Position numbers and translations under genes: made by a program
Shown here: positions 36,903 through 45,365 of the stretch, piece after piece
How the letters are laid out: each line of letters starts with the position of its first letter
How positions within the stretch are numbered: the stretch's first letter is position 1
Assembly: GCA_043800255.1 (NCBI GenBank)
Contig: JAZDNF010000008.1
Coordinates: 1-64,000, forward strand
Length of the DNA: 64,000 nucleotides
Reading direction: 5' to 3'
Source: Candidatus Altiarchaeota archaeon
GTDB taxonomy: Archaea; Altiarchaeota; Altiarchaeia; IMC4; SCGC-AAA252-I15
Notes under the pieces: model-generated
Told to the model about the DNA's origin: nothing
The model's database searches: none
What the model saw: only the letters and a program-made list of their open reading frames with translations

Positions 36903-38315
36903 CTATAGTGTGTCGAGGCAGTCGGGGTCTGCGGGCGGGCACACTGGATTCTGGCCTGGGCAGTTCTGGCATGGCAGGCTATTCCAGTCGACGCAGCAGC
37001 AGGTTTCCCCCTGGAACTCGTAGAAGGCGCTTGCGACGCAGCTTGTCTTGCAATTCTGGGTTATCTGCTGCAGCTTCTGTGAGGCCCAGTCCTTGCACTG
37101 CTGTTGCGTGTTTATCACCGGCGCTCCGAAGACTCCGGTGTTTATCCACTGGTATCCGTTCACGCCCTGGTCATCGCAGTACATCTGGCAGTTAGGATAG
37201 CACAGGCAGTCGCTCTCGCATCCCAGATATATGTCGATGTCCTCGCAGTCGAAATCTGATTCGCACTCCTCTCCTGGCTCCACAACATCGTTGCCGCATT
37301 CGTACTCGTAACAGTAATAGCAGTGGCTGCATGTGTCCCACTGTTTGCAGTATCCGACGTCAGGGTCGTTGCAGTATTTTATGCATTCGGTGTAATTCTT
37401 CAGCACCAGCGCGCCTCCCAATGTTGAGCAGTCTTTGTCCTTGCAGTAGTTGCATGGCGTGCTCTGGTACTGGGAGCATTCTTCACACTCCGCATCGCAG
37501 TTTCCGCCGCAGTTCACATCGTTGTAGAGGCTTCCGCCGCAGGTCACGGAAACTGTCGTGGTAGCCTGTACAGATGTCGTTGGCGTTGATGTGGTAGCTC
37601 CTCCCACGGTTGTCGGCGTCGAGGTCGTTGCTCCGGCAGTTGTTGTTGGTTGTGTCGAAGTTGTTGGGGTCGTGCCCGTCTGGCAGTAGGCTGTGCACTT
37701 GCAGGCTGATTCATCCCAGACGCAGTTCAGCACCGTCTGGCCTCTTGAAGTGCACTGGCTGTTGCAGTGGGCTGTGCAGTCGTCTTTGCCCCAGGCGCAC
37801 TTTTTCGTGCTCGAAACTGGGACTCCCTCATCGTCGGTGCACTGCCCGTTGAGGCATCTTTCAGCGCATGTTTCGACTATCTCGGTCTTTATGCTGCCCA
37901 TGCACTTCGAGTCTGCCGTTCCCGGCTTGCTGCAACGGTATGAGGTTACATCCTGGACTACCTTCTCCTGGTAGCATCTTAGCTGGCCCAGATTCGGGCC
38001 GCCGCAGTCAGCATTTATAGTGCATGTGAACTTTGTGCTCGTGGTAGTCTCAACGCTCGTTGTTGGTTCAGCAGTTGTCGTTGATTCTACAGTGCTGGCG
38101 ACGGTCGTCTCCTCTAAAGTGGTTGTCTTCTCGTCGTTGTCGCATATCGAGTTGTTATCACCGTCCAGGCAGCATTCTTTCCCGACCTGGATGTAGGGCA
38201 CGTTGCAGACAATTTCCGCCTGAGCGGGCGCCTTCTGGCTGGGGGAAGTGCAGCCAGCAGCAAGCATTACAGAGACTAGAAACAGGACTGTGATGATCTT
38301 TTCATTCAGCTTCAT
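36903..38315 (-). CDS. Cys-rich surface lipoprotein with Thr-rich linkers
   Basis: Lipobox LAAGC, CCLD.D.N.ICD, TT tracts, dense Cys. Confidence 0.85.
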   Translation of the reverse strand: MKLNEKIITVLFLVSVMLAAGCTSPSQKAPAQAEIVCNVPYIQVGKECCLDGDNNSICDNDEKTTTLEETTVASTVESTTTAEPTTSVETTTSTKFTCTINADCGGPNLGQLRCYQEKVVQDVTSYRCSKPGTADSKCMGSIKTEIVETCAERCLNGQCTDDEGVPVSSTKKCAWGKDDCTAHCNSQCTSRGQTVLNCVWDESACKCTAYCQTGTTPTTSTQPTTTAGATTSTPTTVGGATTSTPTTSVQATTTVSVTCGGSLYNDVNCGGNCDAECEECSQYQSTPCNYCKDKDCSTLGGALVLKNYTECIKYCNDPDVGYCKQWDTCSHCYYCYEYECGNDVVEPGEECESDFDCEDIDIYLGCESDCLCYPNCQMYCDDQGVNGYQWINTGVFGAPVINTQQQCKDWASQKLQQITQNCKTSCVASAFYEFQGETCCCVDWNSLPCQNCPGQNPVCPPADPDCLDTL

Positions 38316-38362
38316 CCAACTTCCCAGATAATTATCTGATAGAGTCTATAAAAATCCCCAAA

Positions 38363-39067
38363 TCAGTTGTGAACAGTAACCTTGTTCTCGTAAATCTCAT
38401 AAACTGTCTTATCCCCTCTGATTCCCCCCTTGAGAGTGTGATATCTTGTCACGTCGGCTCTGCCGTCGTTTTTCAGCGTGATGTTCGTGACATTGTCTCC
38501 TCGCGGCTCGCCTGCGACCGGCTTCTCGAAATCCTCATACGATACTTTGAATTCCCGCCCGGACAGTTCGTCTTTTGTGAATTTTATCATGTCTGTCGCA
38601 GTGTCCTTCTCGCCGATGCCGTTCCCCTTGACCAGGTAGACAATGGTGTCCTTTGCTTTCGCGAGCTTGAGCCATTCGTCCAGGAAGCCGCCGATGTCTA
38701 CAGTAGTGTGAGTGTGTGCCAAACCTATCAGCTTCTTCTCTTTATTGACAAGGCACACGTACATGCAGCTTGAGGCGAACTCAGACGCCAGGCTTTCGAG
38801 TTCGTTGGTTATGCGCCCGTATCCCTGGATTATGCTGCCTTCTGATGTGGGGCTTCCCTTCGCCTCCTCTAGGAACGCGTCGGTGAGCCTTCCGTCGCCT
38901 GTCCGGTATTTTTCCCTGCGGGCCAGCCTGAACGTCCAAGTCCCGACCGCGTCCTCAGCTAGTTCAGTCCTCGTCTTCCATCGTTCTCCGACCTGGCGGA
39001 TTTGCTCGACCTCGTCATATTCCCTTCTCTCGTGAGGGGGGTGGCCGGCCTCTCTGGTGACGCTCAT
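38363..39067 (-). CDS. Hypothetical protein, possible CheD/CNF1-like deamidase fold
   Basis: FASSCMYVCL..IGLAH resembles the SC..H catalytic spacing. Confidence 0.5.
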   Translation of the reverse strand: MSVTREAGHPPHERREYDEVEQIRQVGERWKTRTELAEDAVGTWTFRLARREKYRTGDGRLTDAFLEEAKGSPTSEGSIIQGYGRITNELESLASEFASSCMYVCLVNKEKKLIGLAHTHTTVDIGGFLDEWLKLAKAKDTIVYLVKGNGIGEKDTATDMIKFTKDELSGREFKVSYEDFEKPVAGEPRGDNVTNITLKNDGRADVTRYHTLKGGIRGDKTVYEIYENKVTVHN

Positions 39068-39102
39068 AGTATATTACAATACGCTGCCGGCAGATTAATA
39101 GC

Positions 39103-39756
39103 TCAGAGGGTTGAGAAATCTTTCCCGTGTTTTTGGAGGAATTTTTTCAGATTTTTTTGGGGGATCTTGTGAGGTTTCCCTATCAGCTTAGCTCCAACGT
39201 AGACTTTCGCCATCTTCTCAACGAGTTCTGCCATCTTCACGGTATGTTCGACGGTGCGACCGCAGACTAGGGCGCCGTGGTTCGCCAGGAGCGTCCCGTT
39301 CCTGTTCCCAAGAGCCTTCACAGCCTTTGCCCCTATTTTTTCGGTGTTGGCTTCTGCGTATTCTGACACGTTGACTTCTCCGCCTAAGAAGATTGCCATC
39401 TCTTCCAGGAGTACGGGTATCTTTTCCCTGGCTGCTGACAGCATCGTGGCGTACGGCGAGTGCGTGTGTATGACACACTTTGCTTTAGGCTTCGCCCTGT
39501 AGACTGCAGCATGCAATCGATACTCTGATGAGGGTTTCCTGCCTTTGCTGACCTGTGTTCCGTCGAATCTTATGCGTACTATGTCTTCTGCAATCAGCTT
39601 TCCATAGTCGTTGAACGTTGGCGTTATGTAGAGTTCCTCCCTGTCAGGGACTCTGACACTCACATTCCCTTCACCGGTCTCAACCAGTCCCCTCTCGTGT
39701 ATCGCCTTAGCAGCCTTGAGAACCTCTCCCCTGAGCTTCTTCTCTTCTGAGTCCAT
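39103..39756 (-). CDS. Class II aldolase/adducin (FucA-like)
   Basis: GNVS, PSSE..H, HTHS, NHG. Confidence 0.9.
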   Translation of the reverse strand: MDSEEKKLRGEVLKAAKAIHERGLVETGEGNVSVRVPDREELYITPTFNDYGKLIAEDIVRIRFDGTQVSKGRKPSSEYRLHAAVYRAKPKAKCVIHTHSPYATMLSAAREKIPVLLEEMAIFLGGEVNVSEYAEANTEKIGAKAVKALGNRNGTLLANHGALVCGRTVEHTVKMAELVEKMAKVYVGAKLIGKPHKIPQKNLKKFLQKHGKDFSTL

Positions 39757-39892
39757 CTCCTCTGGAATATTATTAACCGAATTCTATTAAAGATTATCTA
39801 GGGACAGGAGAGAAGCCAGCTTATACGCTTACAGTGGCTGATTTCCCGGTTAGTTGGTTTTTAATCGGCAGGCCAGAATCTTATAATAGGAC

Positions 39893-40882
39893 ATGGTCGA
39901 GTACGATACTGCGGAGAGGAGCGTCGTCACGGATGTGCCGTCCATACAGTTGGGTTCTACGTTAAAGGACGCTGAGAGTCTCCTTATGAGGGGGGCGAAA
40001 TATTACAGCACGGTAGACTACGTGTACGTTCTCAACAAATCTGGGGTGCTTGTCGGCGTCATGTCCGTGAGGGAGATTCTCGGCGCCGCGGACAAGAGCG
40101 TGAAAGTGGACGATGTTATGGTCAAGAATCCTGTGGTCGCGCACCTTCACACTCACCAGGAGACTCTCGTGTACAGGGCTCTCAAGCATGGCATAAAGTC
40201 GATGCCCATCGTAGACAGGAGCGGAGTGTTCATCGGCGTCGTGCCTTTCAACACCATTCTGCAGATTTTCAACGAGGAGCTTCACGGCGAGATACTCAAG
40301 TTGGGAGGAGTCTACCATAAGGTCGGGAAGGAGTTCGCAACCATAAACTCTAAGACGGCGACGATGATCAGGCACAGGATGCCGTGGCTTGTTGTGGGAG
40401 TCCTTGGCGGTGCTGTCACCGCTACCATCGTCGGCAGCTTTGAGGATGTGTTGAGCAGGCTTATCACCCTCGCAGCGTTTACCCCGGTTCTCGCCTACCT
40501 CAGCGATGCTGTCGGCACACAGTCTGAGACGCTGGCTGTTAGGAGCATAGCATTAGACCCGAAACTTTCTGTCAGAGCCTATTTTGCGAGGGAGCTTTCT
40601 GTCGCGCTTGTGCTGGCGTTAACCTGCGGGATACTTTTGGCCGCGGTGGCTGAAATCGGCTGGGCTGACCCAGTCCTCAGCGTCATAGTCGGCATCTCAA
40701 TGTTCCTGAGCATCATAGCAGCGGTCATGATCTCAACAACGTTGCCTTTCATCCTGAGGAAATTTAACGTAGACCCAGCATACGCTTCAGGCCCCTTCGC
40801 TACCATGATAAGCGACATCGCAACCGTCACCATATACTTCCTCACCGCCACACAACTCCTAACAACCAACGGCCTGCTCTGA
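39893..40882 (+). CDS. mgtE: MgtE magnesium transporter (CBS pair + TM)
   Basis: CBS domains, RMPWL, GTQS, DPA.ASGPF.T.I.D. Confidence 0.9.
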   Translation: MVEYDTAERSVVTDVPSIQLGSTLKDAESLLMRGAKYYSTVDYVYVLNKSGVLVGVMSVREILGAADKSVKVDDVMVKNPVVAHLHTHQETLVYRALKHGIKSMPIVDRSGVFIGVVPFNTILQIFNEELHGEILKLGGVYHKVGKEFATINSKTATMIRHRMPWLVVGVLGGAVTATIVGSFEDVLSRLITLAAFTPVLAYLSDAVGTQSETLAVRSIALDPKLSVRAYFARELSVALVLALTCGILLAAVAEIGWADPVLSVIVGISMFLSIIAAVMISTTLPFILRKFNVDPAYASGPFATMISDIATVTIYFLTATQLLTTNGLL

Positions 40883-41139
40883 AAAGAACTAACACGCAGC
40901 TTCTGAGATGATTTAGATTCCATATAGAATCACCTCAGCTTGGCTATATGAACCTAAAACGAAGAAGTGATTTGTTTTTATTCTCGTTCTAATACATAAC
41001 TGAGGGGCTGATATGGCAACTAAAAACAGGGTATGCGGGATACATACAAGAGTGTAATGGAGCTTGTCAGAGACGCTTTAACAAAACCAACTCCTGAGGA
41101 ATAACATCCTAGATATACACTCCAGCCTCTTGTCCGAAA

Positions 41140-41667
41140 ATGAAGGAGAAAACAAAAAACGTGGTAGTGCATCTTGGGGATGTTGGACCCGATGACTCGG
41201 CTAAAGGTAGAGAGTATACTGAGAGGTTCCCAGACATTATGTTCATTGGAATAGACATTGAGGAGCGTCTTGAAAAATTCGAACTCGACAATTATAGGCA
41301 TCTCACTGCCGATTTTATAGGCGGGCTTAAAACCTTAGAGGACAACTCCATAACATTAATCTCCTCTAATCTGGCTTTAGGCTACTATGATGTGGCAGGT
41401 AATATGATCAAAGCCAAAGAAGCGGCAGACTATACTATGCGAGTAGCTCAATTAGCCCACGATAAACTAAAGAGGGGTGGGAAACTGCTGGTAGTAGTGG
41501 CTGAAGATCAGGCTGATATAATAAAGGAAGCCGTCATTAAAGGATCCTTTCATCCTGAAGATGTCAAAACACGCCCCCTAGAACCAAACGAGTATAAACG
41601 AACACACTGGATAAAGGATTACGTCAAAGATAACATTCCCCTCTGTCAGATAACTGCGACAAAATAA
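41140..41667 (+). CDS. Class I SAM-dependent methyltransferase-like protein
   Basis: GDVGP, FIGID, ADF, LKRGGKL; upstream frames are broken. Confidence 0.55.
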   Translation: MKEKTKNVVVHLGDVGPDDSAKGREYTERFPDIMFIGIDIEERLEKFELDNYRHLTADFIGGLKTLEDNSITLISSNLALGYYDVAGNMIKAKEAADYTMRVAQLAHDKLKRGGKLLVVVAEDQADIIKEAVIKGSFHPEDVKTRPLEPNEYKRTHWIKDYVKDNIPLCQITATK

Positions 41668-41794
41668 AACGTTTTAAAGTTTGGGGCCAGTGACTTATTG
41701 GAGTCTGAAATCTAGCTATTATTGTGAAACAACCGCGTAAGAAGAAGTTAGGTGTAGGATTTTTACCTTCGTTTTTAATACATAAGAGATGGGA

Positions 41795-41811
41795 TGGGCC
41801 TGCGGAGATTT
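41795..41811 (-). repeat. 17-bp duplicate of the tRNA-Ile 3' end
   Basis: TGGGCCTGCGGAGATTT identical to 41966-41982. Confidence 0.9.
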
Positions 41812-41965
41812 CTTAACCGCGGGGGCTCCCGCCCCCTCAGTTTCAAGTTCTTCCTGAACCCCCGAAACGAATTGCGAGGTCTCTCGACCTCGCGAATGCA
41901 TTATCACGCTCAAGGGGACTGAGCGAAGCGAAGTCGCCGCCGCATGTAAACTGGGCGTGACAGTT

Positions 41966-42128
41966 TGGGCCTGCGGAGATTTGAACTCCGGACCTCTCGA
42001 TTTCAGAAGCGACGCGTAATTCGCGTCCTGCACCTCCCGTCTTTTTTCTTTGGGGGTGAAGCACCTTTCTTTTCTAAAGAAAGGGGCTCTATCAGTCGAG
42101 TGCTCTAACCAGTCTGAGCCACAGGCCC
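41966..42128 (-). tRNA. tRNA-Ile(GAT) with 88-nt canonical intron (42002-42089)
   Basis: GGGCCTG/CAGGCCC, A73, CTCGA-CTGATA|A-TCGAG, BHB with one U-U mismatch. Confidence 0.92.
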
Positions 42129-42199
42129 TTGTAAGCAAAAGGTGAGTTAATCTTAGTGATTTAATACTAAAATAAGTTTTTCCTAAAAGAAAAAGGCTT

Positions 42200-42292
42200 G
42201 TCGAGTGCTCAGCGCGAGAAGCTCTGCTTCTCGGCTCGCCAAAATCGCAGTGGCGATTTTGCGCGTAACCAGTCTGAGCCACAGGCCCTTGT
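42200..42292 (-). pseudogene. Duplicate tRNA-Ile 5' half interrupted by a 55-nt twin-hairpin insertion
   Basis: GTCGAGTGCTC (42200-42210) and TAACCAGTCTGAGCCACAGGCCCTTGT (42266-42292) match the tRNA; no anticodon. Confidence 0.8.
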
Positions 42293-42310
42293 TTATTCTT
42301 TAGTTATTAT

Positions 42311-42395
42311 GGGCCATTAAGCGACCGAAAGGGAGCGCATATGGCTCAACCGAGACATCCGTCTCGGTGAGCACGAAGACGAATGTCTTCGTTGC
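42311..42395 (+). repeat. TAAGCGA..GAGCGCAT module copy 2 plus CGAGAC/CGAAGAC twin hairpin
   Basis: Matches 35090-35125, 63199-63231 and 63625-63672. Confidence 0.8.
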
Positions 42396-42482
42396 TCCTT
42401 TGGCCAGCCTTTAAAAAGGCTGTGAGCCACAGGCCCGTGAAAATTTGAGGTTATTTTTAGTGTTTTTAAGATAAAAAATAGT

Positions 42483-42821
42483 CTACTTAATCCATTTTTG
42501 TCTGGCTTTTTTGATGGTGCCGCTGACTCCTATGATGTGGGGGAGTACGGGCGTCTTGTTTATCTCTGTTATTGTTACTATTGAGGCTCTCACTGGGTCG
42601 ACTGTCTTATGGTTTGTTTTTAGTATTCCAATGTTCTTGTTCTCATCCCATTCTATGAGCCAGAGGCTGGTTGTGGCGGCCTGCACCTCCCCCAGAAGCC
42701 TCTGAGTTGCGTTCAACAGCGCGTGTAGGACGTCCTTCTCATTCAGCCTAACGCTGGATTCTACCTTCAAGACCAGGTACCGGTTCCGTTCCCTCAATGT
42801 TGGGGGGTAGCGTGCTGCCAT
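42483..42821 (-). CDS. rnp2: RNase P protein Pop5/Rpp14
   Basis: PTLRERNRYL, GVSGTIKKA. Confidence 0.92.
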   Translation of the reverse strand: MAARYPPTLRERNRYLVLKVESSVRLNEKDVLHALLNATQRLLGEVQAATTSLWLIEWDENKNIGILKTNHKTVDPVRASIVTITEINKTPVLPHIIGVSGTIKKARQKWIK

Positions 42822-42823
42822 GG

Positions 42824-44278
42824 TTATTTTTTCTTCCAGTAATCTGCGTGTTTTTTCTCCACCTTTACTCTGCTGAGGAGGTTTATTATCGCATAGGATG
42901 CGAACATTATCTCGAACGGTATAAGCGGCACCTTGTACCTCTGCATGTAGAAGCTGACCATGTAGGTGACCGTGGTTATCGCAAAATATAGGTAAAATAT
43001 GCTGTGCTGCTTCCAGTATCGTTTGCAGGTTAACGCGACCCCGGCCAGAGTTAGAATCCACAGAGGCCACGCGTATGCGAGGTAATTCTCAGGATACCAT
43101 CGTAGTATGCACGTTTCAGTGGGTATGAACCAGAATTCTGTCAAGAAACGGTTTATCTTCTGTATGAAGATGTCCGGGTGCGCGGTTATGTGCTCTAGCG
43201 CGAGTTTTATCGCCAGCCTGTTCTTCGCCGCATCGTAGTTGGGCTGCGCCGGGTCCAAATTCTCGAAGGGGCTATAGTGGACTCCCTCCGGAGGCGAGTG
43301 CTCGTAGCATCCTGAGCTGTAGGGGTTGTTCCCGATCCAGAAGTTGACTCCGCTGTTCGTTGAGACGAACACGATTTCTCCGCCGCTGACGTTGTAGTTC
43401 CTGATGAACCAGGGCAGCTGTATTATGAGCACGGCCGCCAGGAGTATGGCCGAGAGCCGGAGCACATGCTTGCGGTCTTTCAGGTTTATGAGCAGCCAGA
43501 TTATGATCGCAGGTATCAGGAACACGGTCTGGGCTTTCAGGTACAAGGAAAAACCCACGGCAGCGCTAGCAACAATCCACGATTTCAGGTTGTTGTATTT
43601 TCGGAAGATGAACATGCAATAGAATCCAACCAGGAGAACGGATATGAGAAGCATCTCATTGTAGAGGTTTGTGGCATGGAAGAATAGGTCCAAATCGACC
43701 AACGAGATTACGAACGACGCCCACGCGACTCTGTCGTTGAAAAGCAGCTTCGCTATCTTCCACAACAGGAAGGCGTTTATTACGCTAAGGAGCACGAGAC
43801 TGAGCCTCCCGATAACATAGTCTCCGCCGAACAGGTAGTAGACCATGCCCAGGAAGTACGAGAACCCGGGCTCGTAATAGTATCCTGGGAATCCCTTCCC
43901 GCCTGCTATGCTCAGCCCGAACCTGTGATAGCCTTCGTCATCTTGGCCTGGGAGAGGCGCCCTATAGTCTCTGGCGAAGTCGACCTTCATGTAAGTCGAG
44001 CCTATGAGGATGAACAACGTTATGAGGGCGACAAGCGGCCTCTCTTTTATGAAATTGACCACGTCGGAGAGTGTGGAGTTGATGTCCTCCAGCAGGTTGT
44101 ATTCGTTCTCGAACTCGAGGCCACAATTGGGGCAGTAGGGGTAGTCGTCTCTTATAGGTGAGTCGCATTCACCACACCTGAGTTCTGTTTTCAGCTTTTT
44201 CACCACCCTGGTCCTGCATTCGGGGCAGCTGCTGTCGCCTTCAGCAAGCTCTCTCCCGCAATTGTAACAGTAGGCCAT
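42824..44278 (-). CDS. Double zinc ribbon + GT-C glycosyltransferase (PMT/ArnT-like)
   Basis: Four CxxC motifs, then DD.GY, PWFIRN, NFWIGNNP, many TMs. Confidence 0.85.
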   Translation of the reverse strand: MAYCYNCGRELAEGDSSCPECRTRVVKKLKTELRCGECDSPIRDDYPYCPNCGLEFENEYNLLEDINSTLSDVVNFIKERPLVALITLFILIGSTYMKVDFARDYRAPLPGQDDEGYHRFGLSIAGGKGFPGYYYEPGFSYFLGMVYYLFGGDYVIGRLSLVLLSVINAFLLWKIAKLLFNDRVAWASFVISLVDLDLFFHATNLYNEMLLISVLLVGFYCMFIFRKYNNLKSWIVASAAVGFSLYLKAQTVFLIPAIIIWLLINLKDRKHVLRLSAILLAAVLIIQLPWFIRNYNVSGGEIVFVSTNSGVNFWIGNNPYSSGCYEHSPPEGVHYSPFENLDPAQPNYDAAKNRLAIKLALEHITAHPDIFIQKINRFLTEFWFIPTETCILRWYPENYLAYAWPLWILTLAGVALTCKRYWKQHSIFYLYFAITTVTYMVSFYMQRYKVPLIPFEIMFASYAIINLLSRVKVEKKHADYWKKK

Positions 44279-44321
44279 CTTCTGGAGTATAAGATTATGT
44301 TTAATTAAAATTTAAGTGAGG

Positions 44322-45341
44322 ATGAAATCCGAGGTACTATATTATAGTAATACTGGGAGGATTAGGGAGGGCGTTGACAGGTTCCTCAAGGTTGTCTCCG
44401 ATGACCTTGGAAGGGACGGGGTAGCTTTCAAGATACACTTCGGCGAAAAGGGGAATGATACGCACATAAGGCCCAAATGGGTTAAGGGCATTCCCGAATA
44501 CTTCAACGACCCTGTGTTCGTCGAGTGCAATGTGATGTACAGGGGCTCGAGGACGAGGCGTTCAGACCATCTGAAGATGGCGAAAGAGCATGGCTTCGAT
44601 TTCATCAACATAGACATACTGGACGGCGAGATGGGTGAGGATTCTGTTGACGTGCCAGTCGCGCTGAAAGGCAGGAAGTCCGTGAAGCTTGGGGCTGGCA
44701 TACTAAAGTATGACAGGCTGGTGGCGCTCTCACACTTCAAAGGCCATATGGCGACCGGCTTCGGAGGCGCGCTGAAGAACATTGGCATGGGCTTGGGCTC
44801 GAGGGCTGGGAAGATGGAGATGCATTCTATAATCTCGCCCTACGTTGACAGCGCCAAATGCACTGCCTGCGGCGTCTGCGTGGAAAACTGCGACTTCAAC
44901 GCCATCGAATTGGGCAAGGCTGCCAGCATAGACAAAGAAAAGTGTGCAGGCTGCGCCAGGTGCATCGCAGTATGCCCGAACGGCGCGGTCAGCATACCCT
45001 GGGATATGAGCGACGAGGTTAATAACAGACTAATGGAGAACATCGCAGACTACGCCTTCGGCGCAACATCAGGGAGGAGATGGTGGTACATCAATTTTTT
45101 GACTGACATGACAGTGGACTGCGATTGCATGCCGCACGCCCAGAAGAGAATCGCCGATGACATTGGGATTCTGCTGTCAAAGGACCCGGTAGCGATAGAC
45201 CAGGCCTCCCTGGACTTAATAGTCGAGAAGAACGGCAAAGACCCGTTCAAAGCAGCCAACAAAGTGGACAGCTCCCACATTCTGGAGTATGGCGAAAGCA
45301 TCGGCCTCGGAACCAGGGAGTATACGCTGAATCGTATTTAA
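44322..45341 (+). CDS. DUF362 Fe-S protein with 2[4Fe-4S] insert
   Basis: KIHFGE.GN, HFKGH..GFGGALKN, two CxxCxxCxxxC, CDC, DPVAIDQA. Confidence 0.9.
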   Translation: MKSEVLYYSNTGRIREGVDRFLKVVSDDLGRDGVAFKIHFGEKGNDTHIRPKWVKGIPEYFNDPVFVECNVMYRGSRTRRSDHLKMAKEHGFDFINIDILDGEMGEDSVDVPVALKGRKSVKLGAGILKYDRLVALSHFKGHMATGFGGALKNIGMGLGSRAGKMEMHSIISPYVDSAKCTACGVCVENCDFNAIELGKAASIDKEKCAGCARCIAVCPNGAVSIPWDMSDEVNNRLMENIADYAFGATSGRRWWYINFLTDMTVDCDCMPHAQKRIADDIGILLSKDPVAIDQASLDLIVEKNGKDPFKAANKVDSSHILEYGESIGLGTREYTLNRI

Positions 45342-45365
45342 TTGCGGGCTTCCAATAATAATGTT

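Noticed and set aside
41013-41139. Possible N-terminal extension of the methyltransferase-like gene
   Set aside because: It needs at least two frame changes or stops; decay cannot be distinguished from chance.
41719-42282. Track ORFs over tRNA-Ile
   Set aside because: Spurious frames across the tRNA and palindromes.
42200-42292. Split tRNA or non-canonical 21/22 intron
   Set aside because: The junctions do not form a BHB helix and the copy has no anticodon.
41795-42436. CRISPR array
   Set aside because: The repeats are tRNA ends of unequal length and spacing, and there are no cas genes.
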